Below, one piece after another: positions 63,160 through 64,000 of a stretch of 64,000 nt of DNA. Position 1 is the first letter of the stretch. The number at the start of each line of letters is the position of its first letter. The notes beneath the pieces were generated by a model that worked only from the letters and a program-made list of their open reading frames with translations, made no database searches and had not been told where the DNA came from. The stretch is taken from NCBI RefSeq assembly GCF_001194135.2, contig NC_068982.1, positions 11,723,080 to 11,787,079 of the forward strand, read 5' to 3'. This DNA comes from Octopus bimaculoides (lineage: Eukaryota). The translations under genes were made by a program, and so were the position numbers.

Positions 63160-63767
63160 ATTCACTTGTTTCAGTCCTATGACTGTGGCCATGCTGGAGC
63201 ACCACCTCAAATAAATTGACCCTAGTACTTATTCTTTAAGGCCTGATTCCTATTTTATCTTTTTTGTTGAACTGCTAAGTTATGGATGATGTAAACAAAC
63301 CAACACCGGTTGTCAAGTGGTAGCAGGAGACAAACACAAACACATAGTCACATAGATCAGTGCTCTGTAACCTTTTCACACTTGCGGTACAGATACACTT
63401 GTATTCTTTTCAAAGTTCGGTGACACACCTGAACTTAAAATATAACTAAAAGTATAGGGGGAAAAATTATATTCAGGTTACACTGTGGCACACCTAGTAC
63501 TGTCTCGTAGCACACCTAACACTGTCTTGTGGCACGCCTGTGTGCTGTGGCATACTGGTTGTGGAGCTCTGACATAGATAGATATGTACATACATGCATA
63601 TCTAAGCAATAGGCTTTTTACAGTTTTCACCTACTGAATTCTCTCACAAGGCTTTGGTCAGCCTAGGCTATTGTAGAAGACACTTACTGAAGGTGCCATG
63701 CATTGAGACTGAACCCAAAACAGCATGGTTGGGAAGCAAACTTCTTAACCACACAGCCATGTCTGCA
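63160..63767 (-). mobile_element. SINE family A, interrupted by a hAT MITE
   Basis: 3' half at 63160-63357, 5' half at 63580-63767. Confidence 0.75.
63358..63571. mobile_element. hAT-type MITE with 8-bp TSD
   Basis: TIRs cagtgctctgtaacc / ggttgtggagctctg; TSD acatagat at 63350-63357 and 63572-63579. Confidence 0.85.
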
Positions 63768-64000
63768 ACCAATGATATAATTTGCTTTGCGGGAGCAACT
63801 GTTTTATCGAAAGCGTATATTGTTGTTAAATGCTCGAAATACAAGACTAGAAAAACAGCCAACAACTGATGAAGGGTCGTTCTTTATATTGTTTGTTTTG
63901 TTTTCCATTTGTGTCTTTTGTTGTTCAAAAGAATAGTTCATGTTCCATGTACTCGTGCTTCATATTTTTTTGTTGTACACGTTTCATGATGTCCTGTACC

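Noticed and set aside
63865-63900. CTGATGA followed by agggtcg as another hammerhead
   Set aside because: No GAAA or helix II closure at the required distance; the same applies to ctgatgg...cgaaac near 21265-21295.

Overview
Eukaryotic, visibly AT-rich, repeat-saturated draft-assembly window with N gaps that mostly fall in (TA)n/(CA)n tracts. The repeat repertoire resembles what I recall from octopus genomes, so the source is probably a cephalopod (inference, not verified). It includes several tRNA-headed SINE families, RTE-clade LINEs ending in (GAT)n, and TTAA-, TA- and 8-bp-TSD MITEs. No intact protein-coding gene is recognisable: nearly all ORFs in the track are microsatellite/N artefacts or repeat-derived, and the clearest coding homologies are decayed retroelement and transposase pieces (two RTE LINEs, a CR1/L2-like RT, a hAT C-terminus). 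A few small minus-strand exon candidates suggest the window could be intronic in a large gene (weak). The most notable observations are five hammerhead-ribozyme-like motifs of the minimal Penelope type from four unrelated repeats, two of them inside a ~480-bp head-to-head palindrome of a tRNA-headed SINE. Also notable are a CpG-decayed dispersed 18S rRNA fragment and several nested insertions whose empty-site form can be read in the same window.
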